From Cyanophora paradoxa CCMP329 (taxonomy: Eukaryota > Plantae > Glaucophyta): a stretch of DNA of 64,000 nucleotides. Below, in pieces: positions 1 to 9,845 of the stretch; position 1 is the first letter of the stretch, and each line of letters starts with the position of its first letter. Where the stretch lies: NCBI GenBank assembly GCA_004431415.1, contig QPMI01000040.1:434001-498000 (forward strand), written 5' to 3'. Below the pieces are notes generated by a model. That model had not been told where the DNA came from and did not search any database. It saw only the letters and a program-made list of their open reading frames with translations. The position numbers were made by a program, and so were the translations under genes.

Positions 1-150
1 CCTCAGTTCATAAAGTAGATATTTGCAGTAGGTTGTCTTACCAGAATTGCTGCGCCCACATAATAAAAACCGAGTGCTTAATTTAACTGTTCTTGCAGGC
101 TCAAACTCCGGGATGTCATTCAAATCAATATCCATTCCTGTGTTATCCAT
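1..150 (-). CDS. A32/FtsK-like virion DNA-packaging ATPase, N-terminus (runs off the window)
   Basis: Manual translation from ATG at 150: MDNTGMDIDLNDIPEFEPARTVKLSTRFLLCGRSNSGKTTYCKYLLYELR. Hydrophobic strand followed by Walker A GxxxxGKT, directly downstream of the MCP. Confidence 0.85.
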   Translation of the reverse strand, partial: MDNTGMDIDLNDIPEFEPARTVKLSTRFLLCGRSNSGKTTYCKYLLYELR

Positions 151-259
151 TACAGTAATAAGATAAAAAACAAAATAAATTACTCAGCGCATGCAAGGCA
201 TGCTTGTCATGCCGACCCTACTAATTTTGAGCTTTCTACTATAACGAAAGAAAAGAACT

Positions 260-1486
260 TTAGAAGTTCGAGACTTTCAGGGTAGAGATGTTGTAGCCAT
301 TGAGGACCATAACATTGTGTCGTAGGGCATAGATATCAACCTGAACAGGAGCAGCATCAGTGCATCCCGAAACAGTGAGATCCATGTAACTGGAACTGCT
401 GTTGAAGAAATCCTGGTAACCCATAACACTGTTCCGAAGCGAATCTTTTCCAGATTTGGAAAGAACGATTCCGTAAATATTTCCATTCTCGAATCCATAA
501 GTAGTATTGCCAACAGTAACACCCTTGTAATGAGAAGGAATGTGATTGATAGCCGAGAGGAAACCGGAAATGGGTTTGTTAGAGATATCAAGGGAGCGAT
601 TGTTGTGGAAGATCTGGAACTGATCGATCTTAACATCCGAAACATGACCACAGAAATCCGAGTGAGTGTAGGTGTTAAGTTTGTTCACCTCTCGAACTGT
701 CATGAGAATCGAATGAACCAGACCAGAAACATTAGCGAGTGTCACCTCAACCGATTCACCAGCATCAGCGGTTTTAAGCGCTCGTGTCTTCTTGTGGATG
801 ACCTCTGTGATCGGAATGCGAATGCCACCTTGTTCATTTGCCATTTTCAAAAGTGTCTCAGCCTCAGCCGAAGCGATGTTTACAAATTGACAGATCAGGG
901 AGCAATCCGCAAATGTAACAGATCCACCAGCAGGAACTTTGACTATCCCAGCATCACGGAAATCAACCTCAATTGTTGGCATATCCGCCAGTGTGCATAG
1001 TGGGAAGTAAGCATCATCCCAGAAAGCAGCGGGGATTTTAACAATGTATTCCATAGCCTCATCAGTGCTTTCACGATCAAGTTCTTTGAAGTAACCAAGA
1101 GAAGCATACATGCTGCTCATGGTAGCATGATCATTATCAATCAGAGCGTTAACAGTAATCCAGTCACCAGGGATGATATACTTGAAACCACCATGAACAA
1201 AGCGAACCTCATTAATAAAGGAAGAACCACCATTAGGGAGGGTGCAGGCTACACCACCACCAGTGGCAATCTTGAAATAGAGCGAAACACCAGCAAGGAG
1301 TTGCTTACGAGGCAGATCAAAGTAAGCGGTATTCTTAAAGCCAAAAGTATTGCCTCGGGGGCGAACTTGCTCGAGGAATGGTTTGTACTTGGGGTTGGTT
1401 CCGATTTGGAGACCAGGGGATAGATAAATTTGATCGGAACCGGGAGTTACGAGGAGTTCCTTAAGGGTAGTTCCAGTGAGTGCCAT
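260..1486 (-). CDS. Double jelly-roll major capsid protein (408 aa)
   Basis: N-terminal 'FG..TAYFDLPRKQLLAGVSLYF' and 'FINEVRFVHGG...IPGDWI' match DJR-MCP patterns; 'YFPL...PTIEVDF'; beta-rich; size and context (between ATPase and penton). Confidence 0.85.
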   Translation of the reverse strand: MALTGTTLKELLVTPGSDQIYLSPGLQIGTNPKYKPFLEQVRPRGNTFGFKNTAYFDLPRKQLLAGVSLYFKIATGGGVACTLPNGGSSFINEVRFVHGGFKYIIPGDWITVNALIDNDHATMSSMYASLGYFKELDRESTDEAMEYIVKIPAAFWDDAYFPLCTLADMPTIEVDFRDAGIVKVPAGGSVTFADCSLICQFVNIASAEAETLLKMANEQGGIRIPITEVIHKKTRALKTADAGESVEVTLANVSGLVHSILMTVREVNKLNTYTHSDFCGHVSDVKIDQFQIFHNNRSLDISNKPISGFLSAINHIPSHYKGVTVGNTTYGFENGNIYGIVLSKSGKDSLRNSVMGYQDFFNSSSSYMDLTVSGCTDAAPVQVDIYALRHNVMVLNGYNISTLKVSNF

Positions 1487-1538
1487 CTCTTATGTTTAAA
1501 ATACCAAAAGAAATTTTTAAAATGCTTTATTAAACAGA

Positions 1539-2438
1539 ATGACGCGTCATTACCTTAATATTGATTCCAGGGACCGAGATGATGGAACCCCAACGAACTT
1601 CACTTACAAAATTCCCCATGCAATCCAAAATGTGAGAGCCTGCAGAGTGACTAACTTTGAGATGTTCAATAACATTTACAATCTTAGCGAGAATGGAAGT
1701 TTGATAACAGGAACCTATGATGCTGGAGATGTAATTAAGACCAAGAGTAACACTATTTCGAAAGGGACATATACTTCGGATAGTTTGGTGAATCTTCTAA
1801 ATGCCAAACTAGCTTCACAAGTGTACGGAGCAGCGGGAACTACATATACTCGCCATTTCTACGTTACATATGATCCTGTTACCATGTTTCTACGGTTCAT
1901 GTGCGATGCAACATTTACCCTCACCTTTGGAAGTCGGATCTTAGCGAACTTCCTTGGTTTCCCAGATCGCAGACCTGACAGTTCTGAAAATGGATACGCT
2001 TCTGCCCTGCTCGATTCACCTGTAACAGTTGGAGCTTATACTTATAATTACTACATTGACAGTGTTATACCGCTTGATCTTCTGTTCAATTCTTACATCC
2101 TTCTTCATGTTGACCCACTCAAAGGCAACTATGTAAGCAAGAACACCAGCGATGATAAAGCCCTTGCAAAAATCGAGATTGACCAAACGGTAGGCAGTCT
2201 GCTAAAATACGATTCATCGAATAATTCCATGATCCTGCATGAGCAAAACGGTTTGGTGGAAGTTGAAACGCTAAAAGTTCGTCTCACATACTGGAATGGT
2301 GCCGAAACGGATATTACCACTGACTGGTCGATGACTCTCGAACTCATTACGGAAGATGATAAAGATCTGACCAAGAAAGCATTGAAGAATGTCATTAAAG
2401 AGTTGGAGGGACTCTACTTGCCGTTCTCACGGTCATAG
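1539..2438 (+). CDS. Minor capsid protein (penton, single jelly-roll)
   Basis: N-terminal 'YLNIDSRDR...PTNFTYKIP..IQNV' and C-terminal 'LKVRLTYWNG.....DWSMTLEL' are typical of PLV/NCLDV pentons; divergent from MCP across 52 bp. Confidence 0.82.
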   Translation: MTRHYLNIDSRDRDDGTPTNFTYKIPHAIQNVRACRVTNFEMFNNIYNLSENGSLITGTYDAGDVIKTKSNTISKGTYTSDSLVNLLNAKLASQVYGAAGTTYTRHFYVTYDPVTMFLRFMCDATFTLTFGSRILANFLGFPDRRPDSSENGYASALLDSPVTVGAYTYNYYIDSVIPLDLLFNSYILLHVDPLKGNYVSKNTSDDKALAKIEIDQTVGSLLKYDSSNNSMILHEQNGLVEVETLKVRLTYWNGAETDITTDWSMTLELITEDDKDLTKKALKNVIKELEGLYLPFSRS

Positions 2439-2474
2439 GAAATACTGTAGAATAAATTTGTCTCGATATTACAA

Positions 2475-3221
2475 ATGGCTCGCAAGACTCAGCCCAAGAA
2501 TTTCTTAGCCAAACCAGTTGAGCAAGCAGAACCAGAACGGAAACAGTTTAAGAAATCGAAAGGAACCGCAGCATACGGAACTGGTGATCTCGATAAAAAT
2601 GTCCACCAGACCATGAATGCTCACACAATTGCGCTTACTTCAAACTCAAATGATGATAATGCCCTGGTTGACCAAGTCCCACTGAACCGCATGCCCGGAG
2701 CGAAACGAGGAATCAAGAAAGGGCAGTTCAAATCATCCACGAAGGACAAGGTTGCCTCATCATCGACACTGCTGAAACTGCTTGATGGTGGTGAGAGACT
2801 CTACTCAACCTATTCCGAGAAAGACCATCGCAACCGCTACTTTATTCGTTCAACCACTGGTGGACTGAAATCTGTGACATACCAGTATGCTAGGAGTCTT
2901 GTTGATGGCATTGCAGCAGAGACCAAAAACGAAAACAGGATCAAGGAACAGCCAATCACAAAGGAAAAGGTGGAGAAGAAACCAGAAGTAACCCATGAAG
3001 TCATCCCTGAACCTGTTCATGTTGCAAAAGAATCACCAGCCGAATTGATTGCAAAGACCATCGATTATCAAGACTCCAACAAAACGGATTTGCCGGTCCT
3101 CAATAAATCGATCCTCCGGGTTGCCACTTCGCAGGCTGATCCAGTCAACTCGATTCCAAATGCCGCCCCAATGGTCTCAGGGTTTGCCAAGCTCGGTATT
3201 AAACCTGGTTATCGCCGTTAA
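2475..3221 (+). CDS. Lys-rich hypothetical viral protein (possible virion core/DNA-binding protein)
   Basis: 248-aa ORF co-oriented with penton, viral-type composition, basic ends; no recognisable family. Confidence 0.6.
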   Translation: MARKTQPKNFLAKPVEQAEPERKQFKKSKGTAAYGTGDLDKNVHQTMNAHTIALTSNSNDDNALVDQVPLNRMPGAKRGIKKGQFKSSTKDKVASSSTLLKLLDGGERLYSTYSEKDHRNRYFIRSTTGGLKSVTYQYARSLVDGIAAETKNENRIKEQPITKEKVEKKPEVTHEVIPEPVHVAKESPAELIAKTIDYQDSNKTDLPVLNKSILRVATSQADPVNSIPNAAPMVSGFAKLGIKPGYRR

Positions 3222-3483
3222 GGATCAATCCCGAAATTAAAAAATCTTAAACATTGTTAGCGCTACGTAACCAATCTTATCCCGTAGGCTCAAACACTTT
3301 TTCATTTTTATGGAAGGCGTTGTAGAGCGAAGTGAAATATCCATAGGTAAATCACTTTAATCACCTGTTCTACCGGGTTCAGTGGTAGAAACTTGCAGCC
3401 GACAAGTGAACCTTCAAGGTATCGGTGGCTTTATCATTTTTCCAGCATCTTCTTTCGTACTGGATGCAATGCGATTGGGACCA

Positions 3484-3539
3484 AAAATTGATTGGGTTCT
3501 CACAAAGAATATATACACGACATAAAAACTACTTAAAGA
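3484..3539 (+). promoter_or_regulatory. Candidate early promoter: AAAATTGA (3484-3491) plus ACTTAAAGA (3531-3539)
   Basis: Exact mimivirus-type early promoter octamer upstream of ORF 3577; a similar bipartite arrangement lies upstream of pPolB. Confidence 0.5.
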
Positions 3540-3576
3540 TTTCTTAACATATATTAAGAGAGTAGAAAGGACAAGA

Positions 3577-3840
3577 ATGACGATCACAGAAGCCCAAAAG
3601 AAAGCAACTTACCGCTACCGTAAAACAGAAAAGGGTATGTTAGCGCTTGCTAGGATTAATGAGAAACGCAATGCAAAATGGAATGAACTCTATAACAATG
3701 ATGAAGAATTCAGACAAGCTCACATAATGACTTCATGCAAGGCTCAATATGTAAATAACACCATTCTCTATGTAAAGTATCTATTTGACATTCCTCGTAC
3801 TAACCGTGGACGTCCATCAAAGTATGTTAATGCTTGTTAA
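3577..3840 (+). CDS. Small basic viral protein with AT-hook-like RGRP motif
   Basis: 87 aa; 'TEAQKKATYRYRK' N-terminus and 'NRGRPSKY' C-terminus. Confidence 0.65.
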   Translation: MTITEAQKKATYRYRKTEKGMLALARINEKRNAKWNELYNNDEEFRQAHIMTSCKAQYVNNTILYVKYLFDIPRTNRGRPSKYVNAC

Positions 3841-3846
3841 TCGTTT

Positions 3847-3885
3847 TTCTCAGCGCGATTGCTCTGAGAACCCGCGGAAACCGCG
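3847..3885 (+). terminator. Twin hairpins just after the stop of ORF 3577 (candidate termination/polyadenylation signal)
   Basis: TTCTCAG(3847-53)...CTGAGAA(3864-70) and CGCGG-AAA-CCGCG (3873-85). Confidence 0.4.
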
Positions 3886-4008
3886 CTGGAAGCAAAACTA
3901 TAAATCTTTCTGTTATTTTTAGAGTTCGATGATCGAGCCAACCCTTTGTTATTTTTATAAATGCCCTCGACTGAATTTATTTTGTTGGAGACTTTTGGTT
4001 TTGCCGGT

Positions 4009-4041
4009 AAAATTTGACGCAAGTATAAAATGACTTAAGGA
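4009..4041 (+). promoter_or_regulatory. Candidate early promoter of pPolB: AAAATTTGA (4009-4017) plus ACTTAAGGA (4033-4041)
   Basis: Same two-part layout as at 3484-3539, about 30-65 nt upstream of ATG 4073. Confidence 0.4.
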
Positions 4042-4072
4042 AATAAAATATAGAGTATATATAAAAGTGAAA

Positions 4073-7000
4073 ATGCCTCGCGCAGTAAGTATTCAGAATG
4101 CGAGAAAGAGACAAGGAATGCTAGCAAAGCTTGGTTACCTTCTTGGTGCCGGAATCATAAATGAAGAGCAATTTAACGCATTGGGTTACTTTGCCTTCAT
4201 TAAGAGACTTCGATCTGCTGGTCTGAAGGACATAAGCGATACAATTGATGGTATTATTGCCAGGGGTGAGGGCAGACTGAATGAGCAGGATGAAATCGAG
4301 AGATTTGGTAACATTGAGGTTATTGAAGGTGGAAATAAGAAGACCAAAGCAGAGCGGATCGCTGAAAAACGAGACAAGAGAGCTGAACGGAAGCAGCAGA
4401 AGAAGCAGAAGAAAGCAGGGAGAACCGCTAAGAATGTTGAGAAGCAGAAGGTTAGAGAAAGAATAGCAAAGGAGGCAAAACAGCAGAGAGAGGATGAGAA
4501 GAAGCAACGAGAGGAGGCAGAGGTGATGCAGGCTATGAATAGTCTTGTAAGTGAGGTCACTTGGAGGAACCAGACCAAAGATAACATCGCTTCTGCCATG
4601 AGTTTATTGATAGGGTTGTTCGTTGGGATCCCTTTTACAATCGTTTTCGAGATGCTCTTCGTAACAGACGAGGTATTAAGTATAACCTCTACAGCATGGC
4701 GAGATATGTGAAAGTGGCAACTGGAGAAATAAGAACCATGCAATGGACCACCCCATTCTACCTTCTTGTCAATGATCAAGAGATTGTTGATACTGTTGAT
4801 GAATCAATTGATGCATTGCAGGAGGTTCTCACTTCACCTGATAGTTGGAAGCTAGAAAACATCTTAACAGTTCGCTTGCAGATTCTTACTTATCAGCCAC
4901 TCGCAGGTAGCTCCTATATTGACCTCCCACCAGGAATAAAAAAGCGTAAAGCTGTGATTAATCCACAGAACAAAGATAATAAATGTTTCGCATGGGCGGT
5001 AACTATTGGACTACATCAACATGAGCTATCTCATAAACACCGATATGATGTAAAGCGATACAAGAAGTATGAGAATGAGTTCAATTGGAATAAGTTTGAG
5101 TTCCCATTCAAGAATGATCCTCGTCAGTACGAACGAGCATCAAAAATGATTGGTCGACCAATCAATGTGTATATGGTCGATCGATCACATATCGTTCCAG
5201 TCCATATCTGTAAGGACCCATCCCAACAACATCTTACAATTGACATTCTTCTGTGGACTGTCAACGAAAAAACCCACTATGGTTACATTTCTAGCATGTC
5301 AAGGTTAATATCGAATTCACACCATGGAACTCGCCATTTCTGTAAAGCTTGTTTGAGAGGGTTCACAAGTGAAACAGTATTGGAGACACACATTAAACAT
5401 AACAAGTGTTACGATCGACCAAATGCAACAGTTGACACAATGCCACCGATTGGCTCTAAGACGAAGTGGGACCCAAAGAAACACATTGATAAGACTGTTT
5501 GGCATCCAATGTTCGTTGTTTCTGACTTTGAATGTATTTTGAAGAAGGTGGATGAGACACGAGGTGAAAACACTGCAGTCTACCAGAAGCACATTCCAAG
5601 TGGATACAAAATCATGGTTATCCACAACGAAGAGATTATAAAACAGGTATTGTATCGGAAGGAGAACCCAGAAAATGATGATGAGGTTACACAGCACTTT
5701 ATGGAGACACTGAAAACGATTGAATCCGATTTACTTGAGAAGCTTAGACATGTTGCACCAATGGTTATGGAACAATGGCACAAAGAGGATTACAGAGATT
5801 CTGTTGCTTGCTACATCTGCGGAGATGAGTTTGGAGCTACTATAACTGATGACAATGGTAACACATGTCAAGTTAAAAAGGTTAGAGACCACGATCACAT
5901 TACAGGAGATTACCTTGGAGCAGCTTGCAATACTTGCAATCTGAAACGAAAGATCAATCCAAAGATCCCAGTTGTGTTCCACAATCTAAAAGGTTATGAT
6001 GGACACTATATTCTGAAGGCTTTGAATTTCAATGAACCTGGTAAGGAAATTCGTTGCATTGCCCAGAATTTTGAGAAGTTCATAGCATTCGATATGGGAC
6101 CATACAAGTTCATGGACTCTTTGAATTTCATGGCTTCGAGCCTTGATGGTCTGGTAAAGAATCTCAGTAAGAATAATTTCAAATTCACCAATGAGTGGTG
6201 TGATTCTGTAAATTACTCACAGGAACAGCGAGAGCTACTGATGCAAAAGGGACACTTCCCTTACGACTACCTGGATAGCTTCGAGAAACTCAGTGAGACC
6301 CAATTACCTCCCAAAGAAGCTTTCTACTCGAAACTCAATGATACTGAATTAAGTGACTCCGACTACAAGCATTGCCAGAGGGTATGGGACGCTTTCAACT
6401 GCAAAACTCTCGGAGATTATCACGATATCTATCTTTCTACTGATGTTGCTCTGCTTGCTGACGTTTTCAATACATTCCGCAATGTTTGCTACAGTAATTA
6501 TAAGATCGATCCTATCCATTTCATTTCAGCTCCTCACCTGTCATGGTTCGCGATGTTGAAATATACAGGTGTGGAGTTGGAGCAATTGAGTGACCCTGAA
6601 ATGTATAGATTCTTTGAACTTGGAATTCGTGGAGGTGTTTGCATGGTTCCCAATCGTTATGCAGAGGCTAATAACCCCTACATGAAGTCTTATGATCCAT
6701 CAAAGTCAACAAAGTATATCACCACTTGGGATGCCAACAATCTGTATGGGAAAGCGATGAGTTTCAAGCTACCCAGAGGTGGATTTGAGTGGATTGATGA
6801 CATCGAGAATTTCGATTATATGGGCTTTGATGTGGAAGGTGATAGAGGTGCAACTTTGGAGGTTGACTTGGAATATCCAGAACACCTACATGATCTTCAC
6901 AGTGATTTACCTCTTGCTCCCGAATCTCTAATAATCACCAAGTCAATGATTTCACCAACACAGCTTGAAATGATTGGTGATGAAAAACTACCCCAGACTC

Positions 7001-8033
7001 GTAAGTTGGTTCCCAATCTGATGGACAAGACCAATTACATCCTACACATCAAAAACTTGCAGTACTACATCTCAAAAGGATTGAAGGTAACAAAGGTTCA
7101 TCGTGGGATTATGTATGATCAATCCGAGTGGTTGAGACCATACATTGATTTCAATACCGTACTGCGGACGCAAGCTCGTAACGATTTTGAGAAAGACTTC
7201 TACAAACTCATGAATAACTCAGTTTTCGGAAAGACCATGGAGAACGTTCGCAAGCGAAGTAACATAAAGCTTTGCAACGATCCGAGGGTGCAGCTCAAAC
7301 ACAACAGCAATCCGTTGTTGAAGACAGTGAAGATTATCAATGAGAATCTTACTGCTTTAGAGTTCTATAAGGGTTCTATAATGTTGGATAAACCCATTTA
7401 TGTTGGTCAGGCTATCTTGGATCTGTCCAAACTAATCATGTATCGTTTCCATTACGATTACATCATGGTGAAGTATGGACCTGGATCAGCCAAGCTCCTC
7501 ATGACTGATACAGATTCCCTGTATTATCTGATTGAGACTGATGATATCTACAAAGACATGATTGAGGATTCTCATTGGTTTGATCAGTCTGATTACAACA
7601 AATCCCACATCTGTTACAACCCTAAAAATAAAAAGGTTCCAGGTTTGTTCAAGGATGATTGTGGTGATTATCTCGTCACAAGGTTTGCAGGCTACAAACC
7701 AAAAGCATACTCCTACGAGAAGGAGTTGAATGTTAAGGCTCTTGGTCTTGAAGTTGCTGGTGATACAAAGACTGTGAAGAAGTTGAAGGGAGTTCAGAGG
7801 AATGTTGTTCAGAATAAATTGGAGTTCCAACAGTTCTACAACACTGTCATGAACCCCAGGTTCAGCAAGAATCTGTAACAGTTAGAGGCTTCCGATCAAA
7901 GAACCACGAGGTAACAACGCAGGAAATGAAGAAAAGGGCATTTAATGCGCTCGACACTAAGCGGTATCTTTGTGAGGATCTCTATACGACTCTTGCGATT
8001 GGACACTATAAAACAAAAACGACACTATTATAA
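4073..8033 (+). CDS. Protein-primed family B DNA polymerase polyprotein (putative terminal protein + vOTU-like region + C2H2 finger + exonuclease with EndoVII insertion + polymerase); two -1 frameshifts in the given sequence
   Basis: Motifs GSSYIDLP, NKCFAW...HYGYI, ExoI SDFEC, HDHITG..GAACNTCNL, ExoII HNLKGYD, WDANNLYG, KLMNNSVFGK, MTDTDS. The conserved C-terminal tail (FRSKNHEV...ALDTKRYL...TLAIGHY) continues in the -1 frame to TAA 8031-8033. The main frame is open upstream of 4696 back to ~4585 and overlaps ORF 4067-4711. Confidence 0.93.
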
Positions 8034-8035
8034 GG

Positions 8036-9093
8036 ATGGATCAGGTTTTGAGTTACACCAAGTATCGACAGAAATTGATTAAAGAAGGTGTCACATTTGA
8101 TGAGGAAGAACTAAGAAAGCGTTTTAAAAATCAAGAGATTGAGCAGATCTTTAAAAAGCCCAGAAAGCAAAAGTCTTTCTTGCGGATCGTTGCTCCACCC
8201 AATTCCTTTCAGGTTGATGTGATTTATTTCAAAAGCTACAAGACAGCAACACATGGAGTGGATAGGATGATGGGATTTGTCGATATATTGAGTCGGAAAG
8301 CATTTGTATACCCTTTCAAGCCAAAGGATTCGAAAATCGATATTTTCAACAGGTTCAAAGTTGAGGCAGGCAAGGTTAGTGCTATCTCAGGAGACAATGA
8401 GTTCTCTGCTGAGATTTATAGGAAATGGTGTGAGGAAAACAATGTAACTCTTTACACTGATGTAGCTAAGAATGACCACATCACAGTAGGTGATAAACTT
8501 GGTATTATTGATAGGTTTACCAGAACTTTCAAGCAATATTTGAGAAAAGCAATAGTTTCGAGTGGGAACCCCAAATGGACAGATTATTACAAGGAAGTTC
8601 TTTCAACTTATAACAACAGCCCACACACATCACTTAAGAATGATCCTCCCAATGCAGTTTACGGGAATAACGAGAAAGAATCGTTTATATATTTGCGTGA
8701 TGCATTGCATAATAAGCGTGTTAAAGAAGGTAGCCCAACAGTAAAGGAGGGAGATTATGTTCGAGCTGTAACTGAAAAGAAGACTTTCGATAAAGAAGGA
8801 GCAAGATACAGCAAACAGGTGTATAAAGTAGCAGGCAAGGTAGGTAATCGATTCAGTTTGTTGGAAGAGAATGAGGGAGAGAGTCCAAAAGAAGTGAAAC
8901 GAAACTTTAAACTGAACGAGTTGCAAAAAGTAGATAAGGCAGCAATTGTTAAGATTCCCACACAGAAGCGTGTGGAGCGAGTGAAAAAACAACAAAGGTG
9001 AATAGATTAGTAGCAAAAGAGGGTATCAAGCCCAATAGGAGCAAAGTAGTTAGGAAGAGGTATAATTTAAGAAGCGGTTTGACTAGGCGTTAG
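8036..9093 (+). CDS. Retroviral-type (rve) integrase; C-terminal tail in the -1 frame
   Basis: FQVDVIYF / ISGDNEF / GIIDRFTRTFK core, YNNSPHTSL..PP, SH3-like 'GDYVR...KKTFDKE...YS..VYKV'. The -1 frame from ~8995 reads KVNRLVAKEG...RKRYNLRSGLTRR* (TAG 9091-9093). Confidence 0.92.
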
Positions 9094-9452
9094 GTTGTAA
9101 GGTATGAGCCATCTTTCGATTCAACAATTTTCGTGATAGGTCTAAACACTTTGAAAATTTCTTTATTATGGATTCCTTTAACATACCAACCCTTATTAAT
9201 GGGATCCCATCTGAGACCATAAGATTTCGCTAATTGGATATCTTTGAAAGCAACTTGACAATACATTTTAACATTAATGTATTTGATTTCGTCTTCGGTT
9301 AGTTTTCGGAATTCTTTGAAGATCTCACTGTTTTCATCTTCAACAAACCATAGCTTCTTTTCAAAATCCCATTTTGCGCCTTTTGATTTCACGGATTCAC
9401 GATCATCATATCGAGAGAAAATGTAAAAGCGTTGTTGTGGCTTGGTTTCCAT
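9090..9452 (-). CDS. Tandem DUF5710-like domain protein
   Basis: Two copies of the Y...F/Y.D...K..G.(K/R)WD...K.W(F/Y)V motif: 'YDDRESVKSKGAKWDFEKKLWFV' and 'FKDIQLAKSYGLRWDPINKGWYV'. Confidence 0.8.
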   Translation of the reverse strand: METKPQQRFYIFSRYDDRESVKSKGAKWDFEKKLWFVEDENSEIFKEFRKLTEDEIKYINVKMYCQVAFKDIQLAKSYGLRWDPINKGWYVKGIHNKEIFKVFRPITKIVESKDGSYLTT

Positions 9453-9512
9453 TTTTATTCAGATTATCAGATTATTTTTATATGAAACAATCAATGAGGA
9501 ATAACCGAGATT

Positions 9513-9845
9513 ATGATATAACATCGATTGTTGTTACTGAGGCTTACTGAGATTAAACGTTTTGTTTTGTGTGGTTACTGTGAATGGTTTGTTTTTGTCG
9601 AAACGTTTGTGGAATATCGAAAAGTTTAAAGTTTATTCGATTTTATTACCATATATAATCTCGTGGGGCAGTATGCCAATGATATAACATCGAATTTTGT
9701 AAATGATGCTTACTGAGATTTACTGAGATTGGTGATTGGGTTACTGAGAATGGTTTGTTTTGTTGAAATGTTTGTTGAAAACATGAAAAAATGAGAGTTT
9801 ATTCGATTTTATTACCATATATAATTTCGTGGGGCAGTATGCCCA
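9513..9845. repeat. Two imperfect ~166-bp tandem repeats in the viral terminal region (probable TIR)
   Basis: Units 9513-9678 and 9679-9845 both start ATGATATAACATCGA and end GTTTATTCGATTTTATTACCATATATAAT(C/T)TCGTGGGGCAGTATGCC; internal TTACTG(A/T)G iterations. Confidence 0.88.

Noticed and set aside
260-1486. Classification as a canonical virophage (mavirus-like)
   Set aside because: MCP is much shorter than typical virophage MCPs and has a PLV/NCLDV-like N-terminus; the virophage-like lifestyle remains a hypothesis only.
3240-3480. Small ORF or pseudogene between viral genes
   Set aside because: All frames examined are interrupted by stops and show no recognisable motif.
4590-4711. Transmembrane helix at the end of ORF 4067-4711
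   Set aside because: Probably out-of-frame translation past the frameshift; the -1 frame matches pPolB N-terminal patterns.
9513-9845. Possible CRISPR-like array (also considered for 48278-48610 and 21337-21432)
   Set aside because: Only 2-3 copies or no unique spacers, no cas genes, eukaryotic context.
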